The notes under the pieces: generated by a model
Told to the model about the DNA's origin: nothing
What the model saw: the letters and a program-made list of their open reading frames with translations, nothing else
Databases searched by the model: none
DNA from: Lysobacterales bacterium
GTDB lineage: Bacteria; Pseudomonadota; Gammaproteobacteria; Xanthomonadales; SZUA-5
Direction: 5' to 3'
DNA length: 64,000 bases
Assembly (NCBI GenBank): GCA_022844165.1
Contig: JALHMH010000001.1
Span: 160,001-224,000 of the forward strand
Shown here: positions 36,364 to 45,292 of the stretch, one piece after another
Layout: each line of letters starts with the position of its first letter
Numbering within the stretch: position 1 is the first letter of the stretch
Position numbers and translations under genes: made by a program

Positions 36364-37007
36364 TGAGTACAACATCTGATTCCTGCTGGCGAAGCATCGG
36401 CGTGTACGGCGGCAATCACAGCTGCCCGCAGCTGCGAGTCGACATCCATTGCCGCAACTGTCTGGTTTTCAAGCGCGCAGCACGACGTTTGCTGGAGCGC
36501 GAAATCGAGCCTTTGCCGCCCTTGTCGAGCGCTACACAACGCAAGGCTGATGTCGAGGAACGCAGCGTGCTTTGTTTTCGGCTCGGTCGCGAATGGTTGG
36601 GTCTGCGCTGCGATCGAATCGGTGAGGTGGCTCCTGCGCAAACGCCGAGACGGATCGCACATCGTGCAGACGGCGCTATCGAGGGTCTCGTGGCAGTGCG
36701 TGGCGAACTACACCTTTCGGTAGCGCTGATTGAGGTGCTGTCGCTGGGTCAGCGTAGCGACATCGGCGGCGAGAAGGAGCGACTATTGTTGCTGACGCCC
36801 GAGAATTCTCCGCCGATTGCTTTTCGCGCGTCTGAGGTCGTCGGTTTGCGTCCGATTCGGATGGCGGAGATGGAAGAGGTTCCGATGTCGTTACCGCCGA
36901 CATTGAGTCGCTGTCTGCAAGGCGTTTTGCCCTTCGATACCGGGCGCATGGCGATGCTGGATGAGACAGCGCTGCTGCAAGCGCTGGATGAGGCGGTGTA
37001 TCGATGA
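36363..37007 (+). CDS. wspD: CheW-like WspD
   Basis: CWRSIGVYGG..SCPQL...HCRNC motif; FRLGREWL. Confidence 0.9.
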   Translation: MSTTSDSCWRSIGVYGGNHSCPQLRVDIHCRNCLVFKRAARRLLEREIEPLPPLSSATQRKADVEERSVLCFRLGREWLGLRCDRIGEVAPAQTPRRIAHRADGAIEGLVAVRGELHLSVALIEVLSLGQRSDIGGEKERLLLLTPENSPPIAFRASEVVGLRPIRMAEMEEVPMSLPPTLSRCLQGVLPFDTGRMAMLDETALLQALDEAVYR

Positions 37008-39550
37008 ATCCGTTGATCGAACTGTTAAAAGGAGAGTTGTTGCGCCTGCTCGACGAATTGCGTGACTGCGCGCGATTGGTACGCGATCCGGTCGCTGCGC
37101 CCAGTGCGCTGACGCGCTGGGGCGCTCGCACTCATAGTCTGCAGGGCGCACTCTCGATTCTTGGCAAGCAGCCTCTGAGCGAGATCGCCCAGGCCTTCCA
37201 ACAGCTGCGAGCGCCCGCTCAACTGATGTCGCCGGGCGTCGACATGGCATTGGCACTTCTAGCGGAGTTCACTGAACTGCCTGAGGCAAGCGTTGCCGAG
37301 TGGCTTGCAGCGGTCGGTCCGCGCGTAGCGGCGGCGGTCGCTGCGATGGACCATCGGCTACCCGAGGAGGCCGCCGCGGTACCAGGCGATCTCAACCCGA
37401 TTTTCACTTTGTTTCGCCAGGAAGTCGAAGACCAATGCGCACATCTGAACCAGATGCTGCTGCGTCTGGAGCAAGAGCCTGAGCGTCTGGAGCTGATCGC
37501 GCCCATCATGCGCGTGGTTCATTCAATCAAGGGTGCCGCGCGTGCCGTACGTATCGAACCTGCGGTCGAAATTGCGCACCGGATGGAAGACCGTATGTCG
37601 CGGGCGCAGCGCCGCGATGTCGCGGTTTCTGAGCCGCTGATCGAGTTTGCTTTGGGCGCGGTGGATCTGCTGCGCGCTCTGGCGCGCGATGGTGTTCGTG
37701 CCGAGTTGTTGCAGCGCAAGGATTCTTTGCTGGCGCAGCCCGAGGACGCCGCGGCGCCGATCACGCCGAGCATATCGCCCGTGCCGACTTACATTGCCGC
37801 CGAAGATGGCGACCCGGTGCTGCGTATCAAGGCGAGTCTGGTTGGGCGATTGATCGCGTTGGCAGGCTCTGGCGTTGTTGCCGTCCATCGTTTGCGGCCC
37901 TTCAACGCACGTCAACAACGTCTGCGGGGCACGATCGCCAATCTGGGCCGTCTGCTCGACGATCTGCATCATCGACTCGGGGCGCCCGGCGCCGGAACCC
38001 CGCTCGGTATTCAGCTGGCAGACGCTCGAGAGCAAATCGCCGATGCTCGCCATCAGGCGCAGACCTGGATCGACGATTTCGCCGAGTACACTCGCCATTC
38101 CGTCGATCTCAACGAGCGAATCTACCATGCTGCTTCGCTGACGCGCCTGCGCCCTTTTCGTGATCTCGTGTTGGGTTACCCGCGTATGGTGCGCGATATC
38201 GCGCGGCAGGTCGGCAAGCGTGTACGGCTCTTCGTTCACGGTGAGAACGTAGAAGTCGATCGCGATGTGATGGACAAGATCGATGCACCATTGACGCATC
38301 TGCTACGCAACGCCATCGACCACGGCATTGAAGATCCGCCGATACGAGCCGCGAGCGGCAAGCCTGAGGAGGGCAGCCTGCGGATCCACGCAAGTCATCG
38401 TGCCGGTATGCTGGCAATCGATATCGCCGATGATGGCGCGGGCGTGGATTTGCAACGTATACGCCGCCGCCTCGTCGAAATCGGCCGTCTGAGCGAGAGC
38501 GAAGTGGCGGTGCTGACCGAACACGCTTTGAAGGAGCATTTGTTCGCCTCGGGTTTTTCGACGCGAACGGAAATCACCGAGGTATCCGGGCGTGGCGTTG
38601 GGCTCGATGTGGTGCGCGATTCGATCGAACGCCTCGGCGGTAGCGTGCGCCTGACCACCCGCGAGGGCCTTGGCAGCACTTTTCATCTATTGGTGCCGAT
38701 CTCGCGAGCAGTGACCCGGGCGCTGGCGATCAGAGTGTGTGGCGAAATCTATGCTTTCCCCTCGCTGCGCATTGATCGTGTCGTCCGCGCCAGGCACGAC
38801 GACATCGCGTCGCGCGAGGGTCTGCAGTATCTGCCGCTCGACAGGCGCAACATCGGACTGGTGCCCCTGGCGGAGTTGCTCGATCTCGGCGCAACGCGCG
38901 TAGACGTCGAACGCCTGGATGTCGTGGTTGTCGAGCATCAAGGACGTGTTTGTGGCTTTGTGGTCGACGACCTTCTTGGCGAGTACGATCTTGTCACGCG
39001 TCCCTTGGATGTGCGCTTGGGTCGTGTCGCCGATCTCGCCGCTGTGGCCATTTTGCCGGACGGCGCTCCCGTCGTGCTGCTCGATGTCGACGACTTGATG
39101 CGAAGCGCTTTGAACCGCGAGCGCGCCAACCTGCGTCCGATCAGCGGCGAATCTGCGGCGCGGCGGCGCAAACGGATACTCGTTGCCGACGACTCGATAT
39201 CCGTGCGCGAGTTAGAGCGCCAGTTGCTGGCCGCTCGTGGTTTCGATGTCGAAGTGGCGGTCGATGGTATGGATGCCTGGACAAGGCTGCGCGGCGAGCC
39301 GTTCGATCTCCTTGTGACCGATGTCGATATGCCGCGGATGGATGGCATCGAGCTGACCAGGTCGGTCAAACAAGACCCACGTTTGCGGTCGGTACCTGTG
39401 GTGATCGTATCCTATCGGGACCGGCCAGAGGATCGCCGCCGGGGCATGGAAGCGCGCGCCGACAGTTACCTGACAAAATCTGACTTCCAGGACGAGAGCT
39501 TCGTTCGCCTCGTCCACCAGCTGGTTGGCGACGCCGAGGAGGTCCTGTGA
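37004..39550 (+). CDS. wspE: CheA-like hybrid kinase WspE
   Basis: HSIKGAAR Hpt, HLLRNAIDHGIE, SGRGVGLDVV, CheW, REC. Confidence 0.92.
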   Translation: MNPLIELLKGELLRLLDELRDCARLVRDPVAAPSALTRWGARTHSLQGALSILGKQPLSEIAQAFQQLRAPAQLMSPGVDMALALLAEFTELPEASVAEWLAAVGPRVAAAVAAMDHRLPEEAAAVPGDLNPIFTLFRQEVEDQCAHLNQMLLRLEQEPERLELIAPIMRVVHSIKGAARAVRIEPAVEIAHRMEDRMSRAQRRDVAVSEPLIEFALGAVDLLRALARDGVRAELLQRKDSLLAQPEDAAAPITPSISPVPTYIAAEDGDPVLRIKASLVGRLIALAGSGVVAVHRLRPFNARQQRLRGTIANLGRLLDDLHHRLGAPGAGTPLGIQLADAREQIADARHQAQTWIDDFAEYTRHSVDLNERIYHAASLTRLRPFRDLVLGYPRMVRDIARQVGKRVRLFVHGENVEVDRDVMDKIDAPLTHLLRNAIDHGIEDPPIRAASGKPEEGSLRIHASHRAGMLAIDIADDGAGVDLQRIRRRLVEIGRLSESEVAVLTEHALKEHLFASGFSTRTEITEVSGRGVGLDVVRDSIERLGGSVRLTTREGLGSTFHLLVPISRAVTRALAIRVCGEIYAFPSLRIDRVVRARHDDIASREGLQYLPLDRRNIGLVPLAELLDLGATRVDVERLDVVVVEHQGRVCGFVVDDLLGEYDLVTRPLDVRLGRVADLAAVAILPDGAPVVLLDVDDLMRSALNRERANLRPISGESAARRRKRILVADDSISVRELERQLLAARGFDVEVAVDGMDAWTRLRGEPFDLLVTDVDMPRMDGIELTRSVKQDPRLRSVPVVIVSYRDRPEDRRRGMEARADSYLTKSDFQDESFVRLVHQLVGDAEEVL

Positions 39551-39594
39551 TGCTCGCAATGCTTCGCGTGCGGCAGCGCTTTGGGTGGCAATGA
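39550..39594 (+). CDS. 14-codon mini-ORF (MLAMLRVRQRFGWQ) bridging wspE and wspF
   Basis: ATG overlaps the wspE stop (TGATG); its TGA overlaps the wspF ATG (ATGA). Confidence 0.4.
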   Translation: MLAMLRVRQRFGWQ

Positions 39595-40580
39595 AGATTG
39601 CCATCGTCCATCGTGACCGCTTGACTCGGGAGGCGATTCGCCGCGCCGTCGGCGCCGAGTATTCGCTGGCGTGGTTTGCGGCCGACCGTCGCGAACTCGA
39701 AACACTGCGACGTCGCGAGCCGCCCGATCTTGTCCTGATCGAAGCGGCGATGGTCGATGCGCAGGTCATCAGGATACTAGAGTCGGGCCGGAATTGGCTG
39801 GTGCTTGCGACCGACGAGAACGCCCACGGCGTCTACGAAGCTCTCAGTGCGGGCGCCCTCGGCCACGTTCCGCCACCACGGTTGGAGCCCGATGGCGAGC
39901 TGACCGGTGGGCAGCGCTTGTTGAAGCGCATCCAGCGTTTGCAGGCATTGATCCCCGAACCCGTGGCGGCACTCGAACCGATGCCGGCGGTGGGCAAAAC
40001 TGGTAGCCCTGTTCCAGTGATCGCAATCGGCGCTTCTACCGGTGGCCCAAAGGCCTTGGCGAGCGTGTTGTCTGGATTGCCAGCCGAGCTTAACGCCGCT
40101 GTGATGATTGTGCAGCACATTGAAGCCGATTTTTCGACCGGACTCGTCGAGTGGCTGGCCTCGCACGCCCGTTTGCCGGTGCAACTGGCGCGGCGCGGCG
40201 ATCTGGTCGAGCCGGGTCGTGTTTATCTGGGTGCGAATCAAGGGCATTTGGTGCTTCTCCCCTCGCAACAAATCGGCTACCTGGCGCCAATGAAGAACGA
40301 CTTGCATGTCCCGAGTGTGGATATGCTCTTCCAGTATCTGGCCGACCATCATCGGCCCGGGTCTGCAGCTGTGCTGACGGGCATGGGCAGCGACGGCGCG
40401 CTGGGCTTGCTCAGGCTACGCCAACGCGGTTGGTTCACGGTTGCCCAGGACCAGACGAGTAGTGCCGTATTCGGTATGCCGCGCGCTGCCGCCGACTGCG
40501 GTGGTGCGCTTCAGGTATTGCCGCTCAGCGCGATTGGTCAGGCGCTTGCGCGGCACGTTTGCGGGATGGCCGGGCGATGA
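39591..40580 (+). CDS. wspF: CheB-type methylesterase WspF with degenerate receiver
   Basis: GASTGG, VQH, PSVD, LTGMGSDGA, FGMPRAA. Confidence 0.88.
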   Translation: MKIAIVHRDRLTREAIRRAVGAEYSLAWFAADRRELETLRRREPPDLVLIEAAMVDAQVIRILESGRNWLVLATDENAHGVYEALSAGALGHVPPPRLEPDGELTGGQRLLKRIQRLQALIPEPVAALEPMPAVGKTGSPVPVIAIGASTGGPKALASVLSGLPAELNAAVMIVQHIEADFSTGLVEWLASHARLPVQLARRGDLVEPGRVYLGANQGHLVLLPSQQIGYLAPMKNDLHVPSVDMLFQYLADHHRPGSAAVLTGMGSDGALGLLRLRQRGWFTVAQDQTSSAVFGMPRAAADCGGALQVLPLSAIGQALARHVCGMAGR

Positions 40581-41758
40581 GTTCGATTCGTGTCCTGATG
40601 GTCGACGATCAGGCGATCATCCTCGCCGCACTGAGACAGATGCTGGCGCATGAGGCCGACCTGGAACTTCGCGGCTTGTCCGATCCACAACAAGCGTTGC
40701 AGGCTGCGCTGGAGTTCGAACCTGCGGTGATTCTTCAAGACCTGGTCATGGAGGGCCTGGATGGTCTGACGCTGCTAAAGCGCTATCGAGCACATCCCTT
40801 GCTGACGGATACGCCGGTGGTGATGTTGAGTGCTGCCGAAGAACCGGAAACCAAAGTCGAGGCTTTTCGGCTTGGAGCCAACGATTATGTGGTCAAGTTG
40901 CCCAGTGCACTGGAGCTTGCAGCACGTATTCGCTATCACGGCCGCAGCTTCTACAACATGCGACAGCGAGAAGCGGCTTTCCGGGCGCTGGTTGAGAGTC
41001 GCGCAGCGCTGGAACTGCGTCAGGCGGAAATCGAAGCACAAAAAGCACAGCTCGAAGCGCAGGCAAAACAACTCGAGGCGGTCAATCGCGAGTTGGCCGA
41101 CAGCGCATTGTCCGATGCGCTCACTGGACTCCGTAACCGGCGCTACTTGCGCATCTATTTGCAGAAGCCGCTATGCGAAATCACGGCGTCCGGCAGCAAG
41201 GGCGATCGGCGCCGCGTCGTCTCGGTCGAACGCGCAACTTTTTTCCTTTTGGACTTGGATCACTTCAAGCAGATCAACGACAAGCATGGTCACGACGCTG
41301 GCGACGCGGTGCTGGTCGAAGTCGCCTCACGTTTGCGCCAGACCTTACGCGAGGGCGATGCTGCGATGCGCTGGGGTGGCGAGGAGTTTCTGATTGTCGC
41401 GCGAGGATTGGACGATGCTGCTGCCGCCGTGCTCGCCGAGCGCATCATGGCCGTGGTTTCGGGCGCGCCTGTCGCAATGCCCCGGGGCCTGACGTTGCGG
41501 GTCACGATCTCTTTGGGCTTCGCATCCTTTCCATGGCACCGCGATGCACATACCGATTATCCATCGACCATCGCGCTCGCCGACGCCGGGACATACTTGT
41601 CGAAAACCGATGGACGCAATCGCGCAGTCGGCATACTTCCGGGTCCCGAGGCCGCCGATCTGGACGAACGAATCGAACGCATTTCGCTTGGCCCGGGGCT
41701 GTTGCGCCAGGAGAACGGGCGCAGTGTGCGCCTGGTCGAGATTCCTGGGCCGAACTGA
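40577..41758 (+). CDS. wspR: REC-GGDEF diguanylate cyclase WspR
   Basis: VDDQ, VILQDLVM, GANDY.VKLP, coiled coil, DLDHFK.IND..GH, RxxD (REGD), GGEEF. Confidence 0.88.
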   Translation: MSSIRVLMVDDQAIILAALRQMLAHEADLELRGLSDPQQALQAALEFEPAVILQDLVMEGLDGLTLLKRYRAHPLLTDTPVVMLSAAEEPETKVEAFRLGANDYVVKLPSALELAARIRYHGRSFYNMRQREAAFRALVESRAALELRQAEIEAQKAQLEAQAKQLEAVNRELADSALSDALTGLRNRRYLRIYLQKPLCEITASGSKGDRRRVVSVERATFFLLDLDHFKQINDKHGHDAGDAVLVEVASRLRQTLREGDAAMRWGGEEFLIVARGLDDAAAAVLAERIMAVVSGAPVAMPRGLTLRVTISLGFASFPWHRDAHTDYPSTIALADAGTYLSKTDGRNRAVGILPGPEAADLDERIERISLGPGLLRQENGRSVRLVEIPGPN

Positions 41759-41977
41759 CGAAAACCAACCAAACGCGCCAGGCGAAACCGGGCACGGCCG
41801 TGCTGATTGCCGCCGTTGCGCGCGATGCTGCTGATCGGAGCCAGCGCGCGCGGGGGCTTGCCCGGTGTCGGATCCTTGGTTACTGTAATTCCCGCCGACG
41901 TCGCGAGCGGTCAGACGTTCAGTACCCGCCGGACGGCAGCGAAAACTCGTTGGTGTTCGAATCGCAAGGGGGCAGAA

Positions 41978-42385
41978 ATGAACAGCATACTTGGGATTGC
42001 GTTTGGTTTAATGGGAATGGGTTCGATGTTGTCGGCTCCATCGATCGCGTTGGCGCAGAGTAAGCGAATGGCACTGACCTGCGTTGGCACAAAAGTCGGC
42101 GCGATCAATTTTTCCTACCGCTGGGGTGAGGATGGCGATTGGACGAATGTCCAGATCGGCCCGGGTAAATGGCAAGTCATGGCATGGCGCTACAACCGGC
42201 AGAACGAAAACCAGTCGCCGCAGTTGCAAATTCGTTATGACGACGACCTGGGGAAAGGCGAGAACTTCTCGGTGACCGATCTCGAAAGCTACGCGGCCAG
42301 CAGCGATGACTGCGACGCCGAGGGTAAGACCTACCACTTTGTCGAAATCGACGGTGAGCTGTTTGTCGAGGACGACGAAACCTGA
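41978..42385 (+). CDS. hypothetical exported acidic protein
   Basis: AAGGGGG SD; signal peptide (ALA/Q); 135 aa; two Cys. Confidence 0.65.
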   Translation: MNSILGIAFGLMGMGSMLSAPSIALAQSKRMALTCVGTKVGAINFSYRWGEDGDWTNVQIGPGKWQVMAWRYNRQNENQSPQLQIRYDDDLGKGENFSVTDLESYAASSDDCDAEGKTYHFVEIDGELFVEDDET

Positions 42386-42463
42386 GCACGACTAGCGTCC
42401 TTGACGGAGCCGGATCTGTACATTTGAGTCAAATTTTCTGCGCAGCGGCTTTGGCAGTTGAAG

Positions 42464-42506
42464 CCCCCTTGAGTACAAGGGGGAGATTGAGCGCGCAGCG
42501 CTCAAT
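42464..42506. repeat. tandem REP-like hairpins
   Basis: CCCCCTTG-AGTA-CAAGGGGG followed by ATTGAGCGC-GCA-GCGCTCAAT. Confidence 0.7.
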
Positions 42507-42576
42507 GGGGGTTTTGGCAAGTACGGTGTCTGGCGAAGCCAACAATGCTCGGCGGTCTGAGGCGAAGCCTCGCTAG
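42507..42576 (-). repeat. dispersed repeat family B, copy 2 (inverted relative to copy 1)
   Basis: 61/70 identical to 26067-26136; terminal CTAG contains the crbR stop codon. Confidence 0.85.
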
Positions 42577-43205
42577 CCGTCTACCGCCAAGGCAGCGGTC
42601 ATGGCCACCAGCTGCGTGCGGTGGTGGGCTCCGAGCTTGCGCAAAACAGCCGTGACATGCGCCTTGACCGTGGCCTCGGTAATCGTCAACTCGTGGGCGA
42701 TTTGTTTGTTGAGCTTACCCTCGCAGACGGCCAGCAGCACACGAAATTGCGCTGCGGTCAATTCGCGAAGCCTGGCAGCCAGCGCACGCTCGATGTCCGG
42801 CAACATTGGCGCACCACTCTGCGTCGGATCGACAATATCGCCGTCCAGCACGCGTTCGATCGCGGCGGTCATCTGCTCGGCCGACGCGGACTTCGGAATG
42901 AAGCCCGCGGCGCCGAAACCCAGTGCGCGGGCAATGGTCAGCGGGTCGCTACGCCCGGAAACAACGATGATCGGCAGCGTGGGGAATTGGGCGCGCAACG
43001 CGATCAGTGCCGAAAAGCCGCGCGCGCCAGGCATCGACAGATCGAGCAACAACAAATCGGTGTCTACATCCAGCGCGGCGTAAATGCCGGCGACGTCCCC
43101 CGCCTCGACCAGTTCTGCGTTTGCGAACGCGCGTTGCACGATGGTACGTAGCGCGTCGCGGAAAAGCGGATGGTCGTCGGCAAGCACGATGCGCATCGAG
43201 CTCAA
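42573..43205 (-). CDS. NarL/LuxR-family response regulator, CrbR/ErdR-like
   Basis: [34 protein letters not shown]...EATVKAHV; coupled to acs. Confidence 0.88.
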   Translation of the reverse strand: MSSMRIVLADDHPLFRDALRTIVQRAFANAELVEAGDVAGIYAALDVDTDLLLLDLSMPGARGFSALIALRAQFPTLPIIVVSGRSDPLTIARALGFGAAGFIPKSASAEQMTAAIERVLDGDIVDPTQSGAPMLPDIERALAARLRELTAAQFRVLLAVCEGKLNKQIAHELTITEATVKAHVTAVLRKLGAHHRTQLVAMTAALAVDG

Positions 43206-45139
43206 TCCGGTCGGGTGTCGATCAAGAACTGAACGACGCCCGGATCGGCGAGCGTAGAAATGTCGCCCAGATTCTCGAACTCGTTAGCGGCGATTTTGCG
43301 CAAAATGCGGCGCATGATTTTGCCTGATCGTGTCTTCGGCAATCCGGGTGCCCATTGGATCACATCTGGTGTGGCGATCGGGCCGATCTCCTGGCGTACG
43401 TGTGCCACCAACGACCGACGCAGTTCGTCGCTGGGCTCGATACCGGCCTTGAGCGTGACATAGGCATAAATGCCTTGCCCTTTGATATCGTGCGGACAAC
43501 CGACCACCGCCGACTCCGCTACGGCGGCATGCGCGACCAACGCGCTCTCGATTTCGGCGGTACCCAGACGATGGCCTGCGACGTTGATCACATCGTCGAC
43601 GCGGCCAGTGATCCACCAGTGGCCGTCGGCATCGCGCCGCGCGCCGTCGCCGGTGAAGTAATAACCACGGTAGGCTTTGAAGTACGTGTCGATGAAGCGC
43701 TGGTGATCGCCGTAGACCGTGCGCATTTGTCCCGGCCATGAGTCGGCAAGCACGAGATTGCCTTCGCTCGCGCCTTCGAGTACTCGGCCCTCGGCATCCA
43801 CCAACTCGGGGCGCACGCCATAAAAAGGTGTCATCGCCGAGCCTGGTTTGAGGTCGCATGCGCCTGGCAATGGTGTGATCAGCACGCCGCCGGTTTCGGT
43901 TTGCCACCAGGTATCGACAATGGGACAGCGCCCATCGCCGACGACGCGGTGATACCACTCCCAAGCCTCCGGATTGATCGGTTCGCCAACGCTGCCGAGC
44001 AGACGCAGGCTGGCGCGCGATGAAGATCTGACCGGCGCTTCGCCCTCGCGCATCAATGCGCGGATGGCGGTCGGCGCGGTGTAGAAGATCGTCACCTGGT
44101 GTTTGTCGACGACATCCCAAAAGCGCGAAAAACTCGGGTAGTTCGGTACGCCCTCGAACATCAATGTGGTCGCGCCATTGCACAACGGGCCATAGACGAC
44201 ATAGCTGTGACCGGTGACCCAGCCGACATCCGCGGTGCACCAGTAGACATCGCCCTCGCGCAGATCGAACACCGTTTCGTGCGTGTAGGAGGCGTAGACC
44301 AGGTAACCGCCGGTGGTGTGCAACACGCCTTTGGGCTTACCGGTCGATCCGGAGGTATACAGAATGAACAGCGGGTCCTCCGCGCTCATTGGTTCCGGTT
44401 CGCACTGCGCTGGTTGCTCTGCTGTCAGATCGTGGTACCACTGATCGCGGCCGTTGCTCCAGGCAATCGGCACTTCGGTATGGCGCACCACGATCACGCG
44501 CTCGACGCAACTGGTGGCCGGGTCCTCGAGCGCAACATCCACGTTCGCCTTCAGCGGCACCGACTTGCCGCCGCGCAGTCCAGCATCGGCGGTGATCACG
44601 AGCTTGCTTTGGCAGTCGGAGATCCGTCCGATCAGCGCTTCGGGCGAGAAGCCACCGAAGACAATCGAATGCACTGCACCGATGCGCGCGCAGGCGAGCA
44701 TCGCCACGGCCGCTTCGGGAATCATCGGCAGATAGATCGTCACGCGATCGCCCTTGCGCACGCCTTGAGCGCGTAGCGCATTGGCGAAGCGGCAAACGCG
44801 TTCGTACAACTCGCGGTAGGTCAGCGCATAGCTGACGTGGGGGTTGTCGCCCTCGAACAGGATTGCCGTCTGATGCTCGCGAACCGCCAGATGTCGATCC
44901 AGGCAATTGACCGAGACATTGAGCACACCGTCGTAGAACCAACGAACGCGAAAGTCCTCCGGCAGGAATGAGACGTCTTTGACGCGCGTGAACGGCTTCA
45001 TCCACTGCAGGCGCTGGCCGATGAGCCCCCAGAAGCGATTCGGATCCGCAATCGAGGCTTGATAGCTGGCCGCGTAGCGCTCTGGCGTCACTTGGGCGGC
45101 TGCGAGGAATTCCGGGCTCGGTGGATAGAGTTTGCTCAT
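43202..45139 (-). CDS. acs: acetyl-CoA synthetase
   Basis: [36 protein letters not shown]. Confidence 0.97.
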   Translation of the reverse strand: MSKLYPPSPEFLAAAQVTPERYAASYQASIADPNRFWGLIGQRLQWMKPFTRVKDVSFLPEDFRVRWFYDGVLNVSVNCLDRHLAVREHQTAILFEGDNPHVSYALTYRELYERVCRFANALRAQGVRKGDRVTIYLPMIPEAAVAMLACARIGAVHSIVFGGFSPEALIGRISDCQSKLVITADAGLRGGKSVPLKANVDVALEDPATSCVERVIVVRHTEVPIAWSNGRDQWYHDLTAEQPAQCEPEPMSAEDPLFILYTSGSTGKPKGVLHTTGGYLVYASYTHETVFDLREGDVYWCTADVGWVTGHSYVVYGPLCNGATTLMFEGVPNYPSFSRFWDVVDKHQVTIFYTAPTAIRALMREGEAPVRSSSRASLRLLGSVGEPINPEAWEWYHRVVGDGRCPIVDTWWQTETGGVLITPLPGACDLKPGSAMTPFYGVRPELVDAEGRVLEGASEGNLVLADSWPGQMRTVYGDHQRFIDTYFKAYRGYYFTGDGARRDADGHWWITGRVDDVINVAGHRLGTAEIESALVAHAAVAESAVVGCPHDIKGQGIYAYVTLKAGIEPSDELRRSLVAHVRQEIGPIATPDVIQWAPGLPKTRSGKIMRRILRKIAANEFENLGDISTLADPGVVQFLIDTRPD

Positions 45140-45200
45140 GGCGGTGGTTTTTCAGATCGACGTGCGAGCAAGCATAGAACGAGCGGCCGACCTGGACTGC

Positions 45201-45221
45201 TAGACCTTGGTCGAATGCGGC
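45201..45221 (-). promoter_or_regulatory. putative CrbR/ErdR box, acs promoter
   Basis: TAGACCTTGGTCGAATGCGGC with GAC-N4-GTC palindrome; -10-like TATGCT at 45176-45171. Confidence 0.7.
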
Positions 45222-45292
45222 GCCGGAAGTCGCGCGAGCGGAGCCGTCGTGTCCGCTAGAATCGAGCGCAATACACTCAAGGCGTTGCGGCC

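Noticed and set aside
41760-41970. Possible c-di-GMP-I riboswitch after wspR (GGCGAAACC)
   Set aside because: Lacks the GNRA-capped P2 and the GCAAAGCC/tetraloop-receptor elements
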